A stretch of 64,000 nt of DNA from Clostridium sp. Its GTDB lineage: Bacteria; Bacillota; Clostridia; Clostridiales; Clostridiaceae. Below the pieces are notes generated by a model. That model saw only the letters and a list, made by a program, of their open reading frames with translations. It did no database searches and was not told the origin of the DNA. Position 1 is the first letter of the stretch. Each line of letters opens with the position of its first letter. Where the stretch lies: assembly GCA_047624165.1 (NCBI GenBank), contig JBLHPD010000002.1, positions 732 through 64,731 on the forward strand, read 5' to 3'. Of the stretch, positions 51,129-60,218 are shown piece by piece. The position numbers were made by a program, and so were the translations under genes.

Positions 51129-51854
51129 ATGAAAAAAAATCCAAAGATCGCAATCTTAAGGTGGGAGGAAGGACATGTTCCTGAAGGCTTGGTACAGCTT
51201 GAGACTATGCCTGGAAACAGCACTAATTTGAAATCATATCCTTTCCCTGTGAGACTTGTTCGTGTGGAGGGTGCAAATGTTGAAACTGTAATTACACATC
51301 CTAGCCAAGAACTGCTTGCAAATATGATTAGGATTTCAAAAAAATTAATAAATGAAGAGGGTATCAAGGCAATTTCAACAAGCTGTGGATTTAATTCCAT
51401 ATTTCAGAAAGAACTTGCAGAAGCATTAGATGTGCCGGTATTCACATCAGCACTATTACAGGTGCCTTTCGTCTATAATCTGATTGGAAAACACAAGATT
51501 GTGGGAGTAATCACTGCAAATAAATCGGCTCTTACAAAAGAACATTTTCATTCCTGTGGAATAACAGATGATATTAATATAGAGGTCATGGGACTTGAAA
51601 ATGCAAAGGAATGGAGCAAAATGTTCGAAAAGCCGGACGAAAAATTTGATATTGATGCTGTAACAGAGGAAATTATCGGAGTTGCCAGAAAAGGCGTAGC
51701 CAAACATCCTGAAATTGGCGCAATCGTTTTGGAATGCACAGACCTGCCGCCTTACGCAGCAAAAATCAGAGAGGCTGTAAACCTTCCTGTGTTTGATTTC
51801 AACTCAATGATGGGCCATGTTGCAATCGCGTTAGAAGAAATGAAGCTATATTAA
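51129..51854 (+). CDS. Asp/Glu/hydantoin racemase-superfamily protein
   Basis: Two-Cys motifs STSCGF and LECTDL; SD AGGAGG before ATG 51129. Confidence 0.85.
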   Translation: MKKNPKIAILRWEEGHVPEGLVQLETMPGNSTNLKSYPFPVRLVRVEGANVETVITHPSQELLANMIRISKKLINEEGIKAISTSCGFNSIFQKELAEALDVPVFTSALLQVPFVYNLIGKHKIVGVITANKSALTKEHFHSCGITDDINIEVMGLENAKEWSKMFEKPDEKFDIDAVTEEIIGVARKGVAKHPEIGAIVLECTDLPPYAAKIREAVNLPVFDFNSMMGHVAIALEEMKLY

Positions 51855-51936
51855 ACAGTTAATAGTTACATTTTAGGCCGTTTATAAATTCCATAGAACA
51901 AAATATATCTAATAAAGATGCTGTTATACACGTGAA

Positions 51937-51966
51937 TTAAGAGAGGCCTAAAATGGCCTCTCTTAA
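51937..51966. terminator. Terminator between racemase and mscS
   Basis: TTAAGAGAGGCC / GGCCTCTCTTAA. Confidence 0.7.
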
Positions 51967-51987
51967 AAATTGTTATATTATCATGTT

Positions 51988-52788
51988 TTACATTATGCTT
52001 TTATTAATGTGCACATCCATTTGAGGATATGGTATTGATATGTTTTTCTCATCAAAACCTTTTTTAACCATTTCAATGATATCATAATATACTGTCCAAT
52101 AATCTATTGCATTAACCCATACTTTAACTGTATATACTACAGCACTGTCTCCATGTTCTGACATTCTTATAAATGGTTCAGGCTCTCCTAATATTTTAGG
52201 ATGGTTATCAACAATTTCTTTTAAAGCCTGTATAACCGTAACATTGTCAGCATCATATCCAACACTAAAAGCAAAGTCTACTCTACGAGTGTCATTTACT
52301 GAATAGTTAACTATAGTAGCATTTGAAAGGCTTCCATTTGGTATATAAATAACCTTATTATCAGGGGTAATTAATTCTGTATTAAGAATTTGCATATGCT
52401 TAACAGTTCCTTGGTATCCATTAGCCTCTATATAATCTCCAGCTTTGAATGGTTTTAGAAACAATAGAAGTATTCCACCTGCAAAATTTGATAATGAACC
52501 TTGAAGAGCTAATCCAAGCGCAAACCCTAATGCTGCTAGTGCCGCAACAATAGAACTAGTATCAATTCCTAAAATATTAATAATAGATATAACTAAAAAT
52601 CCTTTTAATATTATATTTACTGAAGATAAAATAAATGGTTTTAAACTAATATCAATGGAGGATTTCTTCATGTAGCTACTTAATTGACCAATTATCCACT
52701 TAATAACCATTAGTCCAATTATAAGTGTTACTATAGCAAATGCTATGCTTTTAATAACAGGGATACCCAAATTTATTATATTATCCAT
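51988..52788 (-). CDS. mscS: Small-conductance mechanosensitive channel
   Basis: GLALQGSLSNFAGG..L...KPFK.GD, IPNG.L....I.NYS, RRVD, I.IPYPQ. Confidence 0.93.
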   Translation of the reverse strand: MDNIINLGIPVIKSIAFAIVTLIIGLMVIKWIIGQLSSYMKKSSIDISLKPFILSSVNIILKGFLVISIINILGIDTSSIVAALAALGFALGLALQGSLSNFAGGILLLFLKPFKAGDYIEANGYQGTVKHMQILNTELITPDNKVIYIPNGSLSNATIVNYSVNDTRRVDFAFSVGYDADNVTVIQALKEIVDNHPKILGEPEPFIRMSEHGDSAVVYTVKVWVNAIDYWTVYYDIIEMVKKGFDEKNISIPYPQMDVHINKSIM

Positions 52789-52829
52789 ACAACTACTCCT
52801 TTCGCTTATAGTACGTAAATTTATAGATT

Positions 52830-52866
52830 TTCGACATATTATATCACGAACAGATATTTACTGCAA
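52830..52866 (-). promoter_or_regulatory. mscS sigma-A promoter followed by a Spo0A box
   Basis: Minus strand TTGCAG-17-TATAAT, then TGTCGAA (52830-52836) one base after the -10. Confidence 0.5.
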
Positions 52867-53077
52867 TTATGAGCAACAATTGATAGTAATACAATAGTAA
52901 AATGTGTAGTACAATAAGATTGTATAAGGTTAGAATATAATGACTTAAAAAATAAAACATAAGATGTGTGCGATTGTGGGCGTATTCATTAGCTTTTGTT
53001 TTAATCTTAGATGAGCTTGCTAAATATGAAGAAGCGCCTTTAATAAAATCAATGAAATCACGGGGGGGGGAAGTTAC

Positions 53078-53713
53078 ATGTATTTTAATGAATATATATT
53101 ACCACTTTGGTATTTTTTAATTCCAATAATATTTTTACTTGGTAGTATTTATTATTTCTCTTATAGGGTACTCGCTGTAAGAAAATTTGAAGTAAAAAAA
53201 AGAATAGAAAAAAGAAATCTCAAACATGTATTTGTATTTATTCCAGCATTAATACTCATAATTATGTCATTAAGATCTAGCAATAATCTTAATATTTTTT
53301 TCGGAATAATATCAGTAGGACAAGTGCTTTGCGTATACGATTATAATTTTATTCTAGATGAGGGCTTATTAATAAAAGGAAGATTTATTTCGTGGAGTAA
53401 AATTAGTAACCTGGATTATAAAGAAGATAAAGCAGTGGAACTTAGTTATTATAAAAATAACCAACATAGTAAAATATCTAAAATGACTTTTAATATAGGA
53501 GATGATGCAACATTAGTGTTAGAAAATACGTTAAAGCTTAAGCGAGATATTATAAATATAGGGAATTGGGAAAGTGAAGATATTATAAATTCCCTTAATA
53601 GATTAAAAATAGTATTAGCTATAGCATTAATTTTTGTAACAATAATTTTTACATATGGTGGTTATAATTTATTGCAATCTAAATACTTAGAAGTTGTTTT
53701 AGAGGTTATTTAG
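53078..53713 (+). CDS. Hypothetical membrane protein (possibly 3'-frameshifted)
   Basis: About 4 hydrophobic segments; G-rich SD; a coding-like frame continues to 53832. Confidence 0.65.
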   Translation: MYFNEYILPLWYFLIPIIFLLGSIYYFSYRVLAVRKFEVKKRIEKRNLKHVFVFIPALILIIMSLRSSNNLNIFFGIISVGQVLCVYDYNFILDEGLLIKGRFISWSKISNLDYKEDKAVELSYYKNNQHSKISKMTFNIGDDATLVLENTLKLKRDIINIGNWESEDIINSLNRLKIVLAIALIFVTIIFTYGGYNLLQSKYLEVVLEVI

Positions 53714-53827
53714 TAAATTATACACTAAAGGTGGATTCTGAAAGCAATGATAACATGTATACATTAGTTAAAATACAACATCCTTCCCTCATTAACGATA
53801 GCTCAAGGATAAATGATATATTAAATG

Positions 53828-53867
53828 AGTAGCTAGTAAAACCAATTAGTTTTACTAGCTACTTTTT
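53828..53867 (+). terminator. Intrinsic terminator
   Basis: AGTAGCTAGTAAAAC / GTTTTACTAGCTACT plus T tract. Confidence 0.75.
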
Positions 53868-54099
53868 CGTATAAAATAAACTAAAGTCAGGTGATAATAA
53901 TGATTTTAAAAATAGATTTTGAAAGTGAAATAACAAAATGATTCATGTACGTTAGTCAAATAGCCAAAGTAGTTAAATGTATGTTTTTCTTACATTAAAG
54001 TAAGAAAAATTTACTTGTTTGTATAAAATGTAAATGTTTACTTTATAATATAATTATAAAGTAAATAGTACATTTTAAATTAAATGGGGGTAGTTATTT

Positions 54100-55131
54100 A
54101 TGAAAAAGAAAAAATTATTAGCATTAACATTAACTAGTTTAATGGTTGCAGGAATGTTTATGGGATGTGGAAGTAAGAATGCTGCATCAGACGAAAATGA
54201 AGAGTTGAAATTGACAATTTATTCTGGACTTATGGAAGATCATATGGTTAAGACAGTGGAAGAATTTACAAAAGAAACCGGTATTAAAGCAGAAGCTGTT
54301 AGAATGTCTTCAGGAGAAATATTAGGAAGACTTAGAGCAGAAAAAGAAAATCCAAAGGCTTCAGTTTGGTTTGGAGGTCCGGCAGATGCATTTGTTCAAG
54401 CTAAAGAAGATGGTCTTTTAGAAAACTATGTTTCAGATAGTGCAAAGGATATAGCAGATAAATATAAGGACAAGGACGGAGCTTGGACTGGAATATATAT
54501 TGGATACTTAGGTTTTGTATCAAATAAAAAGTTACTTGAAGAAAGAGGTGTAGAAGCACCAAAAAGCTGGGAAGATTTATTAAAACCAGAATTTAAAGGT
54601 CAAGTATCTATAGCGAATCCCGGTTCGTCAGGGACTGCTTATACGGTTTTATCAACGGTAGTACAACTAAAAGGTGAAGAAGAAGGCCTTAAATACATGA
54701 AAAATCTTAATACTAATATTAAATCTTATGAAAAATCAGGAACTGCACCAGCAAGACTTGCAGGACAAGGTGAAGTAATGGTAGGAATTTCATTCCTACA
54801 TGATGGTATTAAGTACAGAGAAGAAGGTATGAAGGACTTAGTTTTAACAGCACCAAGTGAAGGAACAGGCTATGAAATAGGATCAGCAGCTGTTATTAAA
54901 AATGGACCAGACCAAAAGGCAGCAAAAATGTTTATTGATTTTTGTTTAAGTAAGAAGGGTCAAGAAATAGGCCAAACAGTAGGCTCATATCAATTCCTAA
55001 CAAATAAAACGGCTAAAGCACCTGCACTATCAGATGAAATTAAGGATACAAAGCTTATAGAATACGATTTAGACTGGGCTGGAAAGAACAGAAGTATATT
55101 AGTAGAAAAATGGAATAAAGCTATAAAATAG
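54100..55131 (+). CDS. ABC substrate-binding lipoprotein, AfuA/FbpA family (probably sugar-phosphate binding)
   Basis: Lipobox FMGC; RMSSGE, WFGG, NPGSSGT, FLHDG, GYEIG. Confidence 0.88.
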   Translation: MKKKKLLALTLTSLMVAGMFMGCGSKNAASDENEELKLTIYSGLMEDHMVKTVEEFTKETGIKAEAVRMSSGEILGRLRAEKENPKASVWFGGPADAFVQAKEDGLLENYVSDSAKDIADKYKDKDGAWTGIYIGYLGFVSNKKLLEERGVEAPKSWEDLLKPEFKGQVSIANPGSSGTAYTVLSTVVQLKGEEEGLKYMKNLNTNIKSYEKSGTAPARLAGQGEVMVGISFLHDGIKYREEGMKDLVLTAPSEGTGYEIGSAAVIKNGPDQKAAKMFIDFCLSKKGQEIGQTVGSYQFLTNKTAKAPALSDEIKDTKLIEYDLDWAGKNRSILVEKWNKAIK

Positions 55132-55204
55132 AATTATAATTATAATGGGAATAGAGTACGTATAAAACTCTATTCCCATTGCAATATAGAGAGGTGATAA
55201 GCAA

Positions 55205-56902
55205 ATGGCAATTAGTAAACGCAGAATGAAGAATCAACAAAAGATTGATGATATGAAGAAAATATGGAAAGATCCAGTACTCGTAACCACAATAGTATTT
55301 TTAATAGTTACATTAGCTATATTTATCCTATATCCATTGTATTCTGTATTAAAGGTAAGTTTTATTAATGAAGGAACTTTTTCTTTAAAAGCTTATTTTC
55401 AGATATTAAATGACATAGATTTTAGGCAAACATTAGGAAATACTTTATTACTTGGTGTTACTGTTGGAACATTGTCAACAGTAATTGGATTTTTATTTGC
55501 ATATGCAGATGCCTATATAAAGTCACATTTTAAGAAATTATTCAAGGTGGTTTCAATATTACCGATTATATCTCCACCATTTGTTTTGGCATTGTCAGCA
55601 ATTATGTTATTTGGTCAGTTCGGAATAATAACAAGACAACTACTTCATATAAAAGATGCTAACATATATGGCTTTAAGGGAATAGTTATGGTTCAAACAA
55701 TGACATTCTTCCCTGTGGCATATTTATTATTAATAGGTCTTTTAAAGAAGATAGACCCAGCACTTGAGGAAGCTGCTAGAAGTATGGGAGCTTCAAGGTG
55801 GGTAACTTTTAAAACAGTAACATTACCATTATTGCTTCCAGGAATTGCAAACGCATTTTTAATAACATTTATAGAAGTTGTGGCAGACTTTTCAAATCCT
55901 ATGGTAATAGGCGGAAACTTCTCAACCCTTGCCACAAAAATATATATGCAAGCCATAGGAAATTATGATATGGCAGGTGGAGCTGCTATAGCAGTTATAT
56001 TATTATCCTTATCAATATTATTATTTGTTGCTGAAAAATTCTGGATAGAAAAGAAATCCTATGTAACAGTAACAGGCAAGGCATCAAGAGAAAGAGATGT
56101 TATAACTGAAAAGCATATAGTATGGCCAATAGATATAGCCTGCTTACTTATAACTATATTTGTAATCTCATTCTATATATTAATACCAATAGGTGGAATA
56201 TTTAAGGTTATGGGAATAGATTATACCTTAACTTTAGATCATTTTAAATATGTATTTGATGTAGGACTAGAGCCGTTAAAGGATACTACACTTTTATCAA
56301 TTTACGCAACTCCCATAACTGGTATTTTAGGAATGATAATAGCATTTTTAATTGTAAGAAAGAGATTTATAGGAAGAAGCTTTATAGAGTTTACTTCACT
56401 TTTAGCTATGGCAGTTCCAGGAACAGTTCTGGGCCTTGGATATATAAGTGCTTATAACACAAAGCCATTACTACTTACAGGAACAGGACTTATTATAGTA
56501 ATAGCATTTATTGTTAGAAGCTTACCAGTAGGAGTAAGATCAGGAGTAGCGGCACTTCAACAAATAGATCCAGCTATAGAGGAAGCCGCACAGGATTTAG
56601 GAGCTAATTCTACAAAGGTATTTGTATCAGTAACATTACCCCTTATAAAGACAGCATTCTTTAGTGGGCTTGTTTACACATTTGTTAGAAGTATGACAGC
56701 TGTTAGTGCGGTAATATTCCTAATTACGCCAAAGTATAAGCTTTTAACAGCATCTATATTATCGCAGGTTGATAATGGAAGATTTGGTGTAGCATCGGCT
56801 TATTCAACAATACTAATTTTAATAGTTTATATAGCCATAGCTATAATGTATTTTGCATTAAATAAAATAGGTGTAAGCAAGAAGGATGACAATATACTAT
56901 AA
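55205..56902 (+). CDS. ABC permease, AfuB/FbpB family (fused double domain)
   Basis: Two EAA motifs: LEEAARSMGA and IEEAAQDLGA. Confidence 0.92.
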   Translation: MAISKRRMKNQQKIDDMKKIWKDPVLVTTIVFLIVTLAIFILYPLYSVLKVSFINEGTFSLKAYFQILNDIDFRQTLGNTLLLGVTVGTLSTVIGFLFAYADAYIKSHFKKLFKVVSILPIISPPFVLALSAIMLFGQFGIITRQLLHIKDANIYGFKGIVMVQTMTFFPVAYLLLIGLLKKIDPALEEAARSMGASRWVTFKTVTLPLLLPGIANAFLITFIEVVADFSNPMVIGGNFSTLATKIYMQAIGNYDMAGGAAIAVILLSLSILLFVAEKFWIEKKSYVTVTGKASRERDVITEKHIVWPIDIACLLITIFVISFYILIPIGGIFKVMGIDYTLTLDHFKYVFDVGLEPLKDTTLLSIYATPITGILGMIIAFLIVRKRFIGRSFIEFTSLLAMAVPGTVLGLGYISAYNTKPLLLTGTGLIIVIAFIVRSLPVGVRSGVAALQQIDPAIEEAAQDLGANSTKVFVSVTLPLIKTAFFSGLVYTFVRSMTAVSAVIFLITPKYKLLTASILSQVDNGRFGVASAYSTILILIVYIAIAIMYFALNKIGVSKKDDNIL

Positions 56903-56916
56903 TAGGAGTGATGAAA

Positions 56917-57990
56917 ATGCTAAGAAGTAAAGGCGTTAATATAAAAAACTTAACAAAGGTATACCAAACACATAATGGTAAGTCGCAATTTAAAGCAGTA
57001 GATAATATATCAATTGATATAAAAGCTGGAGAATTTGTTACTCTTTTGGGACCTTCTGGCTGTGGAAAGACAACTACATTAAGAATGATTGCAGGTTTTG
57101 AAATACCATCAGAGGGTGATATATACTTAGGTGGGGATAAGGTTAATGATTTAACACCAGATAAGAGAGATACATCTATGGTTTTCCAAAGTTACGCTTT
57201 ATTCCCCCATTTGACTATATATAATAATATATCTTACGGATTAAAACTTAAGAAAATCACAAAAGCAGAACTGGATGAAAAGGTGGAAAATATAATAGAT
57301 CTTGTAGGACTAAAAGGCATGGAAGTAAGATATCCCAATCAACTCTCAGGAGGCCAACAACAAAGAGTTGCTCTAGCAAGAGCATTAGTAATGGAGCCAG
57401 GAGTATTATTATTTGATGAACCATTATCAAATCTAGATGCAAAGCTTAGAGTATATATGAGAGCTGAAATAAGAAAGATTCAAAGAAAAGTAGGTATAAC
57501 AGCAGTTTATGTAACGCATGACCAATCAGAAGCAATGAGCCTTTCTGATAGAATTATAATAATGAATAAAGGAATAGTAGAACAGGTTGGTACTCCAAAG
57601 GAAATATACTATACCCCAGCAACAGAATTTGTTGCTGATTTTATAGGAGCAGCAAACTTTTTAGCAGGAGAGATAATGAAAATAGAGAATAAAATAGCAA
57701 CTGTTTTAGTAAATGGAAGTACTTTAGAGTTACCTTACATGGGAACAAAGAAGGTTAAAGATGTTTGCAAAATAGTATTAAGACCAGAGGCAATAGAAAT
57801 GGGAGAAAAGGGACAGTTAAAGGGTGAAATTATTAGTTCAACCTTTATGGGTGCATATCAAGATTACGCTATAAAAGTAGGAGATCACGAAATAAAATGT
57901 GAGGACTTTAATCCACAGGTTAAAACTGTGTATAATGAAGGCGACACTATATTCATTAATTTCAAAAAAGAAAATGCGCATATAATATAA
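56917..57990 (+). CDS. ABC ATPase, AfuC/PotA family
   Basis: GPSGCGKT, LSGGQQQRVALARAL, FDEPLSNLD, TOBE-like tail. Confidence 0.94.
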   Translation: MLRSKGVNIKNLTKVYQTHNGKSQFKAVDNISIDIKAGEFVTLLGPSGCGKTTTLRMIAGFEIPSEGDIYLGGDKVNDLTPDKRDTSMVFQSYALFPHLTIYNNISYGLKLKKITKAELDEKVENIIDLVGLKGMEVRYPNQLSGGQQQRVALARALVMEPGVLLFDEPLSNLDAKLRVYMRAEIRKIQRKVGITAVYVTHDQSEAMSLSDRIIIMNKGIVEQVGTPKEIYYTPATEFVADFIGAANFLAGEIMKIENKIATVLVNGSTLELPYMGTKKVKDVCKIVLRPEAIEMGEKGQLKGEIISSTFMGAYQDYAIKVGDHEIKCEDFNPQVKTVYNEGDTIFINFKKENAHII

Positions 57991-58012
57991 CAGAAAATTA
58001 AGGGAGAGTGTA

Positions 58013-58329
58013 ATGCCTTTACATGAAATAGTATAAAGGGATTAACTACAGCAGCATCTATATGGGTAGTAGGCTGTGTGGGCCTTGCTATAGGACTTGG
58101 GTACTATGCTATAAGTGTGCTAGGATGTATATCTATAGTACTTGTAACTTTAAAAAGATTTCAAAAGAAATTTATTTCTAATAGCGGGAATATTAAGATA
58201 TGTATTCAATACACAAATAAAGGTGAAGTGATGAAGTTTATTGCCCCAAAATCATTAGAGATAAATGAACTGTTAATTCACTGGTCAATAAATGAAAGTA
58301 TAGTTAAGATACATGAAATTAAGGAGTGA
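58013..58329 (+). pseudogene. mgtC: MgtC/SapB family gene with internal deletions
   Basis: SD plus MPLHEIV* joined out of frame to IKGLTTAASIWVVGCVGLAIGLGYY; the C-terminal domain is also shortened. Confidence 0.8.
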
Positions 58330-58358
58330 GGCTGTGAGGCTTTACTCTTTATTTAGTT

Positions 58359-58430
58359 TAGGCACATCCCAATAAATAATAAGTAAAATAGGCTAAAATA
58401 CTGACTTGTTATTTATTTGAATGTGTTTTA
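58359..58430. repeat. Short palindromic, MITE-like intergenic element
   Basis: CACATCCCAATAAATAATAAGT / ACTTGTTATTTATTTGAATGTG, 22-bp inverted repeat with 3 mismatches. Confidence 0.45.
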
Positions 58431-58496
58431 TTATATAAACATAGAAAAACAACTAATAATAGTAATGAAAAAAACGTTTCTTAAGGGGATGTTGTA

Positions 58497-60218
58497 GTGA
58501 ATTTTAGAAAAAATAGTTTTAAGAAAAAACTATTTAAGGCCTTTTTAATGGTAGGAATTATACCACTTATTATTTTATGTGTATATGAATTTACTTTTAT
58601 AATAAAAAATACAGAGGAAAACATAGAAAACTATACAAAAAGCAATATAGAAATTGCATCAGAGCTCATAGACAGTAATGTAGATACCTATACAAAAATG
58701 GTGAGCTTCATAGCAGATAATGAAGAGGTTCAGGATATTTTAGAGAAAGATAGACTTAGCTCTGGCAAAAGATTTGAAGATACACAAAAACTATACAAAA
58801 CAACTAGGGCACTAATGGCAACACAAGCTAAGGATATACCTCTTCATATAGTAAACATAGATAAAAAAAGTAGATTTTCTACAACAGATTACTATTCGCC
58901 TATTTATTTAGATGATAGGGGGAATTTTTTTGAAAAACTGTCTAGAAATGAGGGATTAGTTGTGACTAAAATTCATAGAAGGGTAGAAGGCAGCGAGTCT
59001 AAGGATACAGTACTTGCTATAGGAAAAGTAATAGTCGCTAAAAATTCAAAATCAATTATAGGTTATATTATTGCGGATGTATATGATAGCTATTTTGATA
59101 ATATATTTTCTAACATATCTATTACAGAGGGAACAAATATAATTCTAATGGACTCAAATGGATACATAATAACAGATAAAACAAATAAGAATCAGACGGG
59201 CTTCCGCTTTGATACTAAATATTTAAATGATTTAGAAGCTGAAAAGGGAAGTTTTAATTTAAAGCTACAAAACAAAGCCTATAAAGGTTATTTTACTACT
59301 ACTAAAACTACTAAAATTAAAGTTTTGCAAATTATCCCCAGGAAATATTTTTTCTATGAAGCTTTAAATAATATGAAATTTTTAATATTAATAGGGGTAT
59401 TTGTTATTTTGATAGCTATGGTATCCTGTTTAGAATTATCGAAAAGAATTTCTAAACCTATACTAGATATGACATTAGTTATGAAAAAGGTAGAGGGTGG
59501 AGATAGAAGTGTACATGTAAACGAAGATAGGGAAGATGAAATAGGAGAACTCGCAAGAGGCTTTAATGATATGCTTAAGGAAATAAATAGGTTGATAGAT
59601 GAGGATTACAAAAAGGAGATTCTAATACATCAATCAGAATTTAAAGCGTTAAAAGCCCAAGTAAATCCACATTTTTTATACAATGTCTTAGGAACAATAA
59701 ATTGGATGGCAATGCTTGGAGAAATGGACTCAGTTATAGAAACCACAGGAGCATTAGCAAAATTCTTTAGATATAATGTAAATAGTACTGAGGATACAGT
59801 TCATGTAAGACAGGAAATGGAACAAATAAATAATTATTTGACTATTCAAAAGCAAAGATACAAGGATAGATTCACTATAGATATAATTGTGCAAGAAGAA
59901 ATACTAGACCTTAAAATACTTAAACTAATGCTGCAACCACTGGTGGAAAATGCTATAGTACATGGATTAGAACCCAAAAGGGGAAGTGGAAGATTATGCA
60001 TAGAAGGGTATGCAGAGCTGGGGTTAATATGTTTTAAAGTTATTGATGATGGCGTAGGAGTTGGGAATAGTAAAATAAAGGGCGAAGGTGTAGGAATAGA
60101 AAATGTAGACAAAAGAATAAAGCTATATTATGGCAGTGAATATGGGATTAACCAAACCCAGGAAAATGGACAAACTGTATTTTCTATAAAAATCCCTAAA
60201 AAGGAGTTGCAACAATAA
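58497..60218 (+). CDS. YesM/LytS-type sensor histidine kinase (Cache-HAMP)
   Basis: ALKAQVNPHFLYN, LQPLVENAIVHG, DDGVG. Confidence 0.94.
   Translation: MNFRKNSFKKKLFKAFLMVGIIPLIILCVYEFTFIIKNTEENIENYTKSNIEIASELIDSNVDTYTKMVSFIADNEEVQDILEKDRLSSGKRFEDTQKLYKTTRALMATQAKDIPLHIVNIDKKSRFSTTDYYSPIYLDDRGNFFEKLSRNEGLVVTKIHRRVEGSESKDTVLAIGKVIVAKNSKSIIGYIIADVYDSYFDNIFSNISITEGTNIILMDSNGYIITDKTNKNQTGFRFDTKYLNDLEAEKGSFNLKLQNKAYKGYFTTTKTTKIKVLQIIPRKYFFYEALNNMKFLILIGVFVILIAMVSCLELSKRISKPILDMTLVMKKVEGGDRSVHVNEDREDEIGELARGFNDMLKEINRLIDEDYKKEILIHQSEFKALKAQVNPHFLYNVLGTINWMAMLGEMDSVIETTGALAKFFRYNVNSTEDTVHVRQEMEQINNYLTIQKQRYKDRFTIDIIVQEEILDLKILKLMLQPLVENAIVHGLEPKRGSGRLCIEGYAELGLICFKVIDDGVGVGNSKIKGEGVGIENVDKRIKLYYGSEYGINQTQENGQTVFSIKIPKKELQQ

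Noticed and set aside
47285-51854. Staphylopine/pseudopaline-type metallophore biosynthesis (opine dehydrogenase + racemase)
   Set aside because: No nicotianamine-synthase-like gene, exporter or metal ABC importer; racemase is Asp/Glu-type rather than DapF-fold; sigma54 control suggests catabolism.
52977-53040. TPR-like shard WAYSLAFVLILDELAKYEEA
   Set aside because: Resemblance too short and weak to support without a search.
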